This document shows, one piece after another, positions 26,749-35,574 of a DNA stretch of 64,000 nt. The notes beneath the pieces were generated by a model that was not told the origin of the DNA, did not search any database, and saw only the letters and a list, made by a program, of their open reading frames with translations. The translations under genes and the position numbers were made by a program. Within the stretch, counting starts at the first letter, position 1; each line of letters opens with the position of its first letter. The DNA comes from an uncultured delta proteobacterium. Lineage in GTDB: Bacteria; Myxococcota_A; Polyangia; Polyangiales; JAFGIB01. The stretch is from positions 522,235-586,234 of the forward strand of contig CAVZVA010000009.1 of NCBI GenBank assembly GCA_963778655.1, in the 5' to 3' direction.

Positions 26749-26779
26749 GGACGTGCCCGGCCAACGCTCAGGCACGTCC
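26749..26779. promoter_or_regulatory. 9-bp perfect inverted repeat in the 400-bp intergenic region upstream of 26549
   Basis: GGACGTGCC-n13-GGCACGTCC lies between the lipoprotein stop (26949) and the start of the downstream gene (26549). Function is unknown. Confidence 0.25.
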
Positions 26780-26948
26780 AGGCCCGGGTCGGCGATCGAC
26801 GAGCTCGAATCCCGGCGCCTAGTCCTAGTCCTAGTGCGCCGCGCCGGAAGTCGAGTCAGCCCGGGCTCGCCGCCGGGAGCATCGCTGGGGGCAGCTCGTT
26901 TCGCGGCCGGTCGCGCGGGCGACTTCGGAGAGATCCGACCGGGCGAGC

Positions 26949-27488
26949 CTATAAGCGGCTGCTGACCTCCATCGCGAACATCTTCATCGGCTCGACCATC
27001 GAGGCGTTGGTCGGCATGGTCGCGCCGATGCTGAAGTAGGTGAGCACGACGGAACGGCCGCCCTGCAGCCACCCGATGTCGATCCCGCTCATCTCGCTGA
27101 CCTTCACGTAGCCGTCCTGTCCGACCGCCAGCGGATCCGCGCCGGACGGCGCGCTGTTGTAGCCGGTGCCGTCCCACAGACGAAAATGCAGGTTCTGACT
27201 GTAGGTGCTGCCGATGCTGTCTTGCTCCTCGTAGGTCCAGGAGCACTGCCCGAGCAAGGCAGGGTCCACTATCAACTGGTCCGAATCGCGCTTGGCGGTC
27301 TGGCCGAACAGCGCGGTCGCGTCGGCCTGCGTGACGATCGCGCAGGCGTCGAAGCTCTTGCCCTGCGAGCCGCCGCCGGAGCCGCCGTCCGCACCCGCCC
27401 CACCACCCCCGCAGCCGAGCGCCCCGCTGCCGAGCCACAGCGAGGCCAGCAGCGACAGCGACTCACGGGGTCGCAATCGTGAACGCAT
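26949..27488 (-). CDS. hypothetical lipoprotein (179 aa)
   Basis: ATG 27488 gives MRSRLRPRESLSLLASLWLGSGALGCGGGG, a lipobox followed by a Gly-rich linker. The 317-aa ORF extension overlaps the upstream ABM gene in another frame and is rejected. Confidence 0.65.
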   Translation of the reverse strand: MRSRLRPRESLSLLASLWLGSGALGCGGGGAGADGGSGGGSQGKSFDACAIVTQADATALFGQTAKRDSDQLIVDPALLGQCSWTYEEQDSIGSTYSQNLHFRLWDGTGYNSAPSGADPLAVGQDGYVKVSEMSGIDIGWLQGGRSVVLTYFSIGATMPTNASMVEPMKMFAMEVSSRL

Positions 27489-27505
27489 CGCGCGCTCCTT
27501 TGCGC

Positions 27506-27868
27506 TCAGCCCGGCAAGTCGGTGCTGGTCAGCACTTCGTGGATCTCGAGCACGTTGGGGCCGGCGAACATCTCGCGCGGCGGCCGGTTGTTGTGGGCCT
27601 CGGCAAAGGCCGGGCTGCGTGTCCACGCCACGAAGTCCTCGAAGCTGCGCCACCAGGTCTTGACCTCGTAGTAGCCCTGCGCCTCCGGGTCGTCGGTCCA
27701 GGTGCCCTGCGCGTGGTCCAGCTTCATGGGCCGTGGCCGGTGCACCTCGTTGCGCACGAACCCGGGAGCTTGGTCGACCAGATGGGCGCGGCGTTTGAAG
27801 CGATCTTCGAAATCGATTTCGTGGCCCTTGGCCACCGGAATGCGGTTGGTGGTGACGATCATGACCAT
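27506..27868 (-). CDS. antibiotic-biosynthesis-monooxygenase (ABM) fold protein, IsdG/MhuD-like heme-degrading type
   Basis: ATG 27868 gives MVMIVTTNRIPVAKGHEIDFEDRFKRR…. This has the N-R-I…G…F-E-x-R-F pattern. The C-terminal W-x-S-x-x-x-F-x-x-W-x-x-S-x-x-F-x-x-A-H pattern is also present (WWRSFEDFVAWTRSPAFAEAH). Confidence 0.7.
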   Translation of the reverse strand: MVMIVTTNRIPVAKGHEIDFEDRFKRRAHLVDQAPGFVRNEVHRPRPMKLDHAQGTWTDDPEAQGYYEVKTWWRSFEDFVAWTRSPAFAEAHNNRPPREMFAGPNVLEIHEVLTSTDLPG

Positions 27869-27947
27869 GCACCTCGCTTGCAGCGTCCGCGAAGCGTAAC
27901 ACCGAGGCCGCGCCCGTTGGCCGGGAAAACCGCCCGAGCCGGCGGCC

Positions 27948-28928
27948 TCAGCGGTTGACGCTGCGCATGTCGGGATAGCGCTGGCCGCTGGCGGCGCCCC
28001 TGGGCGCCGCCTCATCGATGCGCGCGAGCTCGTCGCGGCTGAGCGCGATCTCCGTCGCCGCCACGTTCTGCTCGAGGTAGCGCCGCCGTTTGGTACCCGG
28101 AATCACCACGATGTCGTCGCCCTGCGCGAGCACCCACGCGAGCGCGAGCTGCGCCGGGGTCACCTTGCGTGCCCGCGCGAGCTCGTTCAGACGCGCCACG
28201 ACTTGCAGGTTCTGCTGGAAGTTCTCGGCGGTGAAGCGCGGAAACATGCGCCGCCGGTCGTCGGGCGCGAGGTCTTCCGACCGCTTGATGTCGCCGCTCA
28301 GCATGCCGCGCCCGAGCGGGCTGTAGGCGACGAAGCCGATGCCGAGCCGGCGCGTGGTCCGCAGGATGCCTTCTTCCGGCTCACGGCTGAACAGCGAGTA
28401 TTCGGTCTGCAGCGCGCTGATCGGGTGCACCCGATGGGCGCGCTCGATCGTGGCCGGGGCGGCCTCGGAAAGCCCCAGGTAACGCACCTTGCCGGCGCGC
28501 ACCAGCTCGGCCATGGCCCCTACCGTGTCTTCGATCGGCACGTTGGGGTCGACCCGGTGCTGATAGTAGAGGTCGATGTGCTCCACGCCGAGCCGCTTCA
28601 ATGACGCATCCGCGCAGCTGCGCACGTACTCGGGACGCCCGTCGACGCCCCGGAACGAGCCGTCGGCGCCGCGCACGTTGCCGAACTTGGTGGCGATGAT
28701 CGCGCGCTCGCGCTTGCCGCGCAGCGCGCGCCCGAGCAGCTCCTCGTTGGTGAACGGGCCGTACATGTCGGCCGTGTCGAAGAAATCGACCCCGAGCTCG
28801 AGCGCGCGCTCGATGGTGGCAATCGACTCCGCCTCGTCGCGCGGGCCGTAAAACTCCGACATGCCCATGCAGCCGAGCCCGATCTCGGCGACCTCGAGTC
28901 CCTGTGTGCCAAGCTTGCGTTTCTTCAT
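27948..28928 (-). CDS. aldo/keto reductase
   Basis: ATG 28928 gives [29 protein letters not shown]…. AKR-typical segments are [27 protein letters not shown] and …LYYQHRVDP…. Confidence 0.9.
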   Translation of the reverse strand: MKKRKLGTQGLEVAEIGLGCMGMSEFYGPRDEAESIATIERALELGVDFFDTADMYGPFTNEELLGRALRGKRERAIIATKFGNVRGADGSFRGVDGRPEYVRSCADASLKRLGVEHIDLYYQHRVDPNVPIEDTVGAMAELVRAGKVRYLGLSEAAPATIERAHRVHPISALQTEYSLFSREPEEGILRTTRRLGIGFVAYSPLGRGMLSGDIKRSEDLAPDDRRRMFPRFTAENFQQNLQVVARLNELARARKVTPAQLALAWVLAQGDDIVVIPGTKRRRYLEQNVAATEIALSRDELARIDEAAPRGAASGQRYPDMRSVNR

Positions 28929-28956
28929 GCGCGAACCATAGCGCAAGCCGGCGACT

Positions 28957-29097
28957 CCGGTGGCTCCGCTGCCTCCGGTGGCTCCGCTGCCGCCGCGGCC
29001 GCTTTGGCCGAGCCCAGCCGATCCGCGGCTGCACCCGAGCCGCCGAGCCCAGCTGCTCCGCCGGCTGCACCCGAGCCGCCGAGCCCAGCCGAGCCCC
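28957..29097. repeat. short tandem direct repeats in a divergent intergenic region
   Basis: An 18-bp unit ccggtggctccgctgcc(t/g) occurs twice (28957-28992). A roughly 36-bp unit ggctgcacccgagccgccgagcccagc… occurs twice (about 29026-29097). Confidence 0.7.
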
Positions 29098-29376
29098 GGC
29101 TCCACCCGGTCCGGCTCAACAACCGGCTCGCCGCGACAAGAGAACCGCCTCGAATCGACCGCTGCAGCGGCCGGGCTCGGCGATGCCCGGGCTACGCGGG
29201 CGCAGCAATGGTGGCGGCGGGGCCCGACGGGCTCGTGCGCGCAGCGAGCCGAAAAAATTCCGTTTGGGCAACGTTCGACGCGACAACCCGCGGTTGTGGA
29301 AAGGGCACCCATCCCGACTATTCTCTTCTGGCCGTGGGTTGTCTCTGAGCGATCGCTGCCCACCAACGGAGCCTCG

Positions 29377-29868
29377 ATGTTGAAAGCCGATCTCTTCACC
29401 AGCCAATTCCCGAGCCTTTCGGTAGCGCTATCGCCAGCCGAGCTGGACGGCTTGCTCGCGGCCTTGGAGATTGAGCACATTGCCGCCGGCGAGACCCTCA
29501 TCACCCAGGGCACTCCGTCGGACGCGCTCTACCTGGTGTGGGAGGGCGCGCTCGACGTCGAGTTCGCGAGCAAGCGAGGCAACTCCCTCTCGCGGCTGGG
29601 GCCGGGTGAGGTGGCCGGCGAGGTGTCGCTGCTCGATCCGGGTCCGGCCACGGCAACCGTCTATTCCGACGCGGGCTGCACCGCCCTGGTGCTGCGCCGC
29701 GCGCGGCTCGAACGACTGTGGGCGGATCACCCCGAGACGGCGACACGCTTTCTGGCCCATCTGTGCCGAGAGTTGGCCCACCGGATCCGCAAGACCACGA
29801 TCGTGCTCAATCGCTCGCGCTCGCGACGGATGGCGACGGCCGCCGGAGAGGAGGGGAGGGGATGCTGA
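29377..29868 (+). CDS. stand-alone cyclic-nucleotide-binding (CAP effector) domain protein
   Basis: The sequence begins [63 protein letters not shown]. It continues …[24 protein letters not shown]…, a cNMP beta-barrel with a non-canonical phosphate-binding cassette. The stop overlaps the next start (ATGCTGA). Confidence 0.8.
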   Translation: MLKADLFTSQFPSLSVALSPAELDGLLAALEIEHIAAGETLITQGTPSDALYLVWEGALDVEFASKRGNSLSRLGPGEVAGEVSLLDPGPATATVYSDAGCTALVLRRARLERLWADHPETATRFLAHLCRELAHRIRKTTIVLNRSRSRRMATAAGEEGRGC

Positions 29869-32800
29869 CCCTCGGTGACATCGCCGTCCTGGCCAAAGTC
29901 CCCCACTTCAGCGGCGTCTCGATGAACGACGTCACCTTGCTCTCGGAGCTGCTGACCGTCGCCGAGTACGGCGATGGAGAGCGGCTGATCCGGGAGGGCG
30001 ACACCGACGATGAGATCTTCATCCTGCTCTCGGGCGAGGTACGGGTCACAAGTGGCCGCCCGAGCCACGAACAGGAGCTGAGCCGCATGGGCCCCGGCGA
30101 CATGCTGGGCCTGCTCGCGCTGGTCGACAACGCGCCCCGCTCGGCATCTTGCATCGCCGTCGGCGGCGTGCGCGCCGCCCGCCTCACGCGCGAGGCCTAT
30201 CGAAAGGCGAGCACCGGCAGCCCGGCGCTCGCGCTCGCCTTCCATCGCGCCCTCGGGGCCCAGCTCGCGCGGGACTACCGCACGGTCGCCGCCCTGCTGG
30301 AGGCCGAGCTCCCGACTGCGGAGCGCCGAGCTGATCGCCCGACGTCGGCGGAGGCCACGGACTGCGACGTGGCCGTCCTCGGCGCGGGTCCGCTGGGCAT
30401 GATGTATGCCCAGTGGCTGCGACGCATGTACCCGGGTGCCCGCGTGGTCATGCTCGAACGCCGCGACATCCCCGGTTACAAGATCGGTGAGAGCACGCTG
30501 TCCACCACCGTTCGGGCCTTCCTGGACATGGGCTTCACCATGCCGCAGCTGCGCCGCCTGTTCGGCAACAAGACCGGGATCCGCTTCTTTTGGGTCGGGC
30601 CCGAGTCGGAACGACCGGAGCGAGAGGTGGACGTCGTGGACCTGGAGGAAACTTTCCAGGTCGAGCGCCGCGTGTTCGAGCTGGCGCTCCAGCGCCTCAC
30701 TCGCGAGGCCGGCATCGAGATCCGTACCGGCACCCAGGTGGAGATCGAGAGCAGCGACCTCGATGGCGTGGTCAAGAGGCTTGACTGCGTAGGCCCCCAC
30801 GGCGAGTACGCGCTGACGGCGAAGATCATCTGTGACGCCACCGGCCCGGCGGCGGTGCTGCCCCGTCACCTCGGCTTGTACCGCAAGGATCCGTCGCTGC
30901 ACGACAGCTTCCAGACGAACTGCTACTTCGCCTACTTCCGCCAGAAGAAGCCCGTGCCGCTCTTGCGCTGGCAGGACCCGGCGACGCGCCACCTGTGCAT
31001 GCCCCAGGGCTGGGTGTGGTTCATCACGCTGCACTCCTGGGAGTCGGCCGACGACCAGACGATCGCCGCGCTCGTGAACGACGTCATGGACCACAGCTCG
31101 CCCGACGATGCCGATCTGCCGTCACGGCGAGACCTCGCGAGCCGGCACGGCGCCGAGTTTTCGCTGCTCACCTCGATCGGCATCACCGTGCGCGAGGATA
31201 TGGACACGGCGTTGGACCTTCCCATCGAGCAGCGCTTCCAGCACTACGTGCAGCGTTACCCCGCGTTCGGGTGGATCATGGAGCACTACGAGCTCGTGGA
31301 GCAGCCGTACCGGGAGAAGCGGCGTCCCTATGCGGCCTTCCTGGGTCTTGCCCACGACTGCACCCAGATCGCGGGAGATGGGTGGGTCGCGATCGGTGAC
31401 TCCGCGCAGTTCAGCAATCCGTTGTTCAGCCACGGGCTCAACTACGGGAGTGGCACCGCCTACATGGCGGCGGTCAGCAGCGCTGAGGCCCTGGCCAGCG
31501 GGGACACCAGCCGCGCCGCTTTCTCCGCCTACGAACGCTACGGCCGCGAGACCTATCCCGTTTTGCTGCGGGAGACCGATTTTTTCTATCGCTCCTGGGC
31601 CCACCCCGACGGATTCGAGCGCACGCTGATGGCGAAGTTCCATTTTGGCGCGCTCGACGTGACGCAACGCGAGTCGTACAGCGAGACCGACCCCTGGGTC
31701 TTCGATCTGCTCAACCCCGAATGGCTGGCGTTGATGGAGCGCGTTCGCGAGGTGGAGAAGCGCTACGAGGCCGCAGGCGATGCGGACGGGCTCGCGGCGG
31801 CGATCGCCGCCATCGTGGATCCCTTCAACGCCATCTGCCGACAGAAGGCAAAGCAGCTCGGCCTCGACTATGGAGAGATCTTCACCAACTACGACGGAGA
31901 AGGTCGACGACTCGAGGGCAGGGACAAGCCGCGTGGCTTCTTCAACGGGTATCAGTGCCCCACCTGCATGCTCTGGCAGGACGACACGCTCGAGCGCTGC
32001 CCCATCTGCGCCACGGCGAACGCACGGCGTCACGTGCCGACGCAGTCCGCGCGGGAGAACGATTCCGACCAGGCGCCCGTGCTGCAGTCGACAGAACGAG
32101 CCGAGGACCGCGGCGGCGCTGCGAGCACGCGCCCGAGCAATGAACCCGACGGCAGGCCGAGCACGCTCGAGGCCGATCGCGCCAACCGCCGGCGCTTCCG
32201 GTCCCTGCGGGTTGCGGCGATTCGGGAAGAGACCGCCACCGCCCGCTCGCTCGTGTTCGAGGTCCCGGAGCAGGAGCGGGAGCAGTTCCGTTACGCGCCT
32301 GGCCAGTTCCTGACGTTGCAGGTCGAGATCGACGGCGAGCCGCTGAATCGGTGCTACTCGCTGTCCAGCGTGCCGAGCGCGGGCGAGCCACCCACCATCA
32401 CGGTGAAGCGCATCGCTGGTGGCAGGGTGTCCAATTGGCTCTGCGATCGCGTGAAGGTGGGCGAGAGGCTCGACGTGCTGCCACCCGACGGTCGCTTCAC
32501 GGTGCCGGACCGCCCCGGAGACCTGTTCCTGTTCGCCGCCGGCAGCGGGATCACACCGGTGTGGTCGATCGCGCAAGAGGCGCTCGTGACCACTCCCCGC
32601 AACGTCCGCCTGCTCTACGTGAATCGAAGCGTAGAGGAGACCATCTTTCGTGGTGCAATCACGGAGCTCCGCAATCGAGCCGCCCGCCGGTTCAAGTTGA
32701 TCGAGCGCATCGGCAGGCGCGAAGGCCGGCTGGACACGCGGGACGTGCAGGCCTACTGCGACGGCCAGACCCGGGGTCTGTTCTTCGTTTGCGGGCCGTG

Positions 32801-33209
32801 GGGATTCATGGACGTGGTCGAGGAAGGCCTGCTCGACATGGGCGTCGCGCCCGAAGACCTGCACGTGGAGCGCTTCGCCTCGCCGCTGAAGGACCGCGCC
32901 GTGCTCGCGCCAGCGGCGCAGCACGGCGAGCTGCCTGCCAGCCTGGTCACATTCGATCTGTTCGGCGTGGAGCACCAGCTGCGTTGCGCTCCGGACCAGA
33001 CGCTCACCGAGGCTGCCTTCGCGGCGGGCGTTGCAGTGCCGACGTCGTGCGAGGAGGGCTACTGCGGCACCTGCATCGGCCGACTGACGGAAGGGAAAGT
33101 GGAGTGCGCGGTCGACGACGCCCTGTCCAAGGGCCAGAAGAAGCGCGGCTTCGTGCTGGCCTGTCAGGCTAAGCCCCGCAGCGCCTCACTCCGCGTCATA
33201 TTCGAATAG
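29862..33209 (+). CDS. multidomain fusion: cNMP-binding domain, FAD-dependent halogenase-like domain, Zn ribbon, FNR-type FAD/NAD(P) reductase, 2Fe-2S ferredoxin
   Basis: A GGAGAGGAGGGGAGGGG purine run precedes ATG 29862. The cNMP cassette is GDMLGLLALVDNAPRSAS. Halogenase-like motifs are VAVLGAGPLG, YKIGEST, GNKTGIRFFW, GWVWFIT and IGDSAQFSNPLFSHG. The Zn ribbon is CPTC-x11-CPIC. The reductase motifs are RCYSLSS and AAGSGITP. The ferredoxin motif is CEEGYCGTCIGRL…LACQA. Confidence 0.85.
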   Translation: MLTLGDIAVLAKVPHFSGVSMNDVTLLSELLTVAEYGDGERLIREGDTDDEIFILLSGEVRVTSGRPSHEQELSRMGPGDMLGLLALVDNAPRSASCIAVGGVRAARLTREAYRKASTGSPALALAFHRALGAQLARDYRTVAALLEAELPTAERRADRPTSAEATDCDVAVLGAGPLGMMYAQWLRRMYPGARVVMLERRDIPGYKIGESTLSTTVRAFLDMGFTMPQLRRLFGNKTGIRFFWVGPESERPEREVDVVDLEETFQVERRVFELALQRLTREAGIEIRTGTQVEIESSDLDGVVKRLDCVGPHGEYALTAKIICDATGPAAVLPRHLGLYRKDPSLHDSFQTNCYFAYFRQKKPVPLLRWQDPATRHLCMPQGWVWFITLHSWESADDQTIAALVNDVMDHSSPDDADLPSRRDLASRHGAEFSLLTSIGITVREDMDTALDLPIEQRFQHYVQRYPAFGWIMEHYELVEQPYREKRRPYAAFLGLAHDCTQIAGDGWVAIGDSAQFSNPLFSHGLNYGSGTAYMAAVSSAEALASGDTSRAAFSAYERYGRETYPVLLRETDFFYRSWAHPDGFERTLMAKFHFGALDVTQRESYSETDPWVFDLLNPEWLALMERVREVEKRYEAAGDADGLAAAIAAIVDPFNAICRQKAKQLGLDYGEIFTNYDGEGRRLEGRDKPRGFFNGYQCPTCMLWQDDTLERCPICATANARRHVPTQSARENDSDQAPVLQSTERAEDRGGAASTRPSNEPDGRPSTLEADRANRRRFRSLRVAAIREETATARSLVFEVPEQEREQFRYAPGQFLTLQVEIDGEPLNRCYSLSSVPSAGEPPTITVKRIAGGRVSNWLCDRVKVGERLDVLPPDGRFTVPDRPGDLFLFAAGSGITPVWSIAQEALVTTPRNVRLLYVNRSVEETIFRGAITELRNRAARRFKLIERIGRREGRLDTRDVQAYCDGQTRGLFFVCGPWGFMDVVEEGLLDMGVAPEDLHVERFASPLKDRAVLAPAAQHGELPASLVTFDLFGVEHQLRCAPDQTLTEAAFAAGVAVPTSCEEGYCGTCIGRLTEGKVECAVDDALSKGQKKRGFVLACQAKPRSASLRVIFE

Positions 33210-33312
33210 GCCTATCGGGATACGCCCCGCTCCAAGCGCGGGACAGCAAGACCGGCGGGCGCGCGCCGCAGGCGCGCTTGCTTCTCAATCCTGCGGGTGC
33301 GAAAGGAGAGGC

Positions 33313-34686
33313 ATGATTGAAGGACCGATCACGGGCGGTAAGCACGGCTGGGCATTCGGTCGACCGCTTTTCGATCTCGCCACGCGCGGCTACCTCGAGG
33401 AAGAGTTCTTCATCGCGGGCGAAGCGACCACCTACCGCCCGGTCGCGGGCGCCGACTGGGGCCGCGACGGCCAGTGGCGGGCCGAGCCCAAAGGCGACAT
33501 GCCCTTCAAGACCCGCTTCCTGGTCTACCGGCCAGCCGACCCGAAGACATTCAACGGCACCGTGATCGTCTGCTGGAACAATGTGACCGCCGGTTATGAG
33601 CTCTTCCATGGCGAGAGCCCCGAGATTCTCGAGGGCGGTTACGCCTACGTCGGCGCCAGCGTGCAACGCGTCGGCGTTCACGGCTTTGCGGCCAATCCGC
33701 AGGGCCTCGCGGCGTGGGATCCCGAACGCTACGGCGAGCTCAGCATTCCGACCGACGCCGGCTCCTATGGCATCTACGCTCAGGTGGGGCGCGCGGTCGG
33801 CCCCGACCGCGACCGCTCCGGCCTCGATCCGCTCGGCGGCCTGGATGTGAGGAAGGTGATCGCCATTGGAGCCTCGCAATCCGCCGGCCGCCTGGCAACG
33901 TACGTGAACGCGATCCATCCGCTCGACCCAGTTTTCGATGGCTTCATGCTGCAGATCTACTTCGGCGCGGGCGCGCCGCTGGAAGGCGACAGAATCCTCG
34001 CGCTGTCGCAGCGGCCCGCACCGGCCCGCGTGCCGCGCGGCGCCAATCTGATCCGGGAGCTCGATGTGCCGGCGATGATCGTGAACTCCGAGCTCGAAGC
34101 GATCGCCTGTTACCGCGTACGCCAGCCGGACACCGATCGCTTCGTCACCTGGGAATCTGCCGGGACCACGCACGTCCCGGTTCAGACTCAGCTCCTGCGC
34201 AACAGGAAGTACGAGCGTGAGAACGGCGTCGTGCCGGCCCCTCCGCAGAGCATGAACCGAATCGCGCTCATCCCGTACTACGACGCCGCGCTGCACCATC
34301 TCAAGCGCTGGGTCGATGGCGGCGCTCCGCCGCCCAGTCAGCCGCAGCTCGAATTCGCTGGCGAGGGGCCGGAGCTCGTGCGCGACGCGCACGGCATCGC
34401 GAAGGGTGGCATTCGCCTGCCGCAAGTCGATGCGCCGGTGGCGACCAACAGCTCGATTCCGATCACCAACGACTTCTCCGGCTCCTTGCGCGGCTCCAAC
34501 CGGCCCTTTGGCGCCGCCAAGCTCGACGCGCTCTATGGCGGCGAGGCGAAGTACCTCGCGCGCTTCGAAGGGGCGGCACAGCGCGCGGTCCAGGCCGGCG
34601 TCATGCTTCCGCGCGACGTCGCGCCGGCCCTGGAGGAAGCCACGCAGGAGTACCGGCGCTCGTACGCGACGACGGCGGCGAGCTAA
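33313..34686 (+). CDS. alpha/beta-hydrolase-domain protein (uncharacterised family)
   Basis: AAAGGAGAGG precedes the ATG. …GYLEEEFFIAGEATTY…FKTRFLVYRP…TVIVCWNNV…VIAIGASQSAGRL… contains a nucleophile-elbow-like GASQSAG. The family assignment is from memory only. Confidence 0.6.
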   Translation: MIEGPITGGKHGWAFGRPLFDLATRGYLEEEFFIAGEATTYRPVAGADWGRDGQWRAEPKGDMPFKTRFLVYRPADPKTFNGTVIVCWNNVTAGYELFHGESPEILEGGYAYVGASVQRVGVHGFAANPQGLAAWDPERYGELSIPTDAGSYGIYAQVGRAVGPDRDRSGLDPLGGLDVRKVIAIGASQSAGRLATYVNAIHPLDPVFDGFMLQIYFGAGAPLEGDRILALSQRPAPARVPRGANLIRELDVPAMIVNSELEAIACYRVRQPDTDRFVTWESAGTTHVPVQTQLLRNRKYERENGVVPAPPQSMNRIALIPYYDAALHHLKRWVDGGAPPPSQPQLEFAGEGPELVRDAHGIAKGGIRLPQVDAPVATNSSIPITNDFSGSLRGSNRPFGAAKLDALYGGEAKYLARFEGAAQRAVQAGVMLPRDVAPALEEATQEYRRSYATTAAS

Positions 34687-34759
34687 ATGACCGATCACAC
34701 CGATCACGATTCGGCAGCGGCCCTATCGATCGGTTAGTTAGCGGTCCGTCCGCCGCTCT

Positions 34760-35473
34760 TCACGGGTGCATCGCCTCGCTCGGGGCGGCCCGCTCGGTGA
34801 GCGAAGTCCAGGTCGCTTCGTCCACGACGCGTTGCTTGAAGGTGGCGTGGCAGTTGGTGCAGGTCGCGAGCGTGTGGGTGAGCGCGGTCAACACGGCGGT
34901 GGCGTCGTGGTGCTTGGCGGCTTGGGCGATGGTGTCTGCGGTGTGGTGGAACTCGAGCGCGGCTTGCGTGAACCCCGGGGCGCCAGCGCCCATGTGGGTG
35001 CACATCTGGCCCATCTGCTCGGAGTAGCCGATGCGGCGCGCGGCCTTCTCGACGGCGTCGAAGTCCTTGACCGCCAGCGCGGCGGTGATGTCCTGCACCG
35101 CGCGCAGATGATCGCGCATGTTCTGCTTCTGATGGTTGGCCATCATCGGCACCAGCGGCACCGGTTTGCGCGTGTCCATGCTGTCGAGCATGGTCTGCGC
35201 GCCCGAGGGCGGCGCCTGCTCGGCCGCTGCAGCGGGCGTGCTGCTCGAAGCCGGCGCCGAGCCGCTCGAAGTGGCCGAGCTGCCCGAAGGCTCGCCCCCC
35301 TTGCTCGAAGCCGGCGCTGCCACAGCTTGCTTCGCCGCGTCCCCAGCCGCGCCTCTGCCTCTGCAGGCGCTGGCCGTCGCGACCGCGAGCACCGCCAGCG
35401 CGACGACCGCCTGCCAGCGCGCCCCGCCGCCAACGGCCCCTCCTGACACGCGCGACCGGATGCTCGTCTTCAC
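34760..35473 (-). CDS. class II (cytochrome c'-like) c-type cytochrome lipoprotein
   Basis: GTG 35473 gives VKTSIRSRVSGGAVGGGARWQAVVALAVLAVATASAC, a signal with lipobox. A Ser/Ala-rich linker and a helical domain follow. A single CTNCH heme-binding motif sits near the C-terminus, as in cytochrome c'/c556. Confidence 0.65.
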   Translation of the reverse strand: MKTSIRSRVSGGAVGGGARWQAVVALAVLAVATASACRGRGAAGDAAKQAVAAPASSKGGEPSGSSATSSGSAPASSSTPAAAAEQAPPSGAQTMLDSMDTRKPVPLVPMMANHQKQNMRDHLRAVQDITAALAVKDFDAVEKAARRIGYSEQMGQMCTHMGAGAPGFTQAALEFHHTADTIAQAAKHHDATAVLTALTHTLATCTNCHATFKQRVVDEATWTSLTERAAPSEAMHP

Positions 35474-35492
35474 AACACAACCAGTGCTCGGA

Positions 35493-35574
35493 TGGTGGAG
35501 GCAGCGGGAGTCGAACCGCTGCCCGAGTGTTGCGCCATCTAGACGCCGGCACAAGGTTTCCCGCGCAACACGCC
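35493..35574 (-). other. tRNA/tmRNA-like 3'-terminal element (non-canonical), part of a structured intergenic RNA candidate
   Basis: The minus-strand RNA ends …GUGUUGCGC-n27-GCGCAACAC-UCG-GGCAGCGG-UUCGACUC-CCGCUGCC-UCCACCA. This contains a 9-bp stem and then an 8-bp stem carrying a T-loop-like UUCGA sequence. It ends in a CCUCCACCA terminus like tRNA-Ala or tmRNA. No complementary 5' acceptor strand was found. Confidence 0.3.

Noticed and set aside
26819-26837. A triple hexamer cctagt-cctagt-cctagt in the intergenic region.
   Set aside because: This is a tiny microsatellite with no associated structure or conserved context that I can see. It is most likely slippage noise.
26422-27438. A 338-aa minus-strand ORF spanning the intergenic region and the lipoprotein gene.
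   Set aside because: It is out of frame with the lipoprotein, which has a proper signal/lipobox. It is Arg-rich low-complexity and crosses a 400-bp region of low coding potential.
27948-29513. N-terminal extensions of several ORFs: 27948-29513, 26949-27902, 27506-28015, 244-2067, 7303-8820, 41110-43146, 47703-49523 and 29718-33209.
   Set aside because: The family-typical N-terminus, signal peptide or Rossmann motif begins at an internal ATG or GTG. This start is often preceded by a Shine-Dalgarno-like purine run. The extensions overlap neighbouring genes or intergenic repeats and are compositionally junk.
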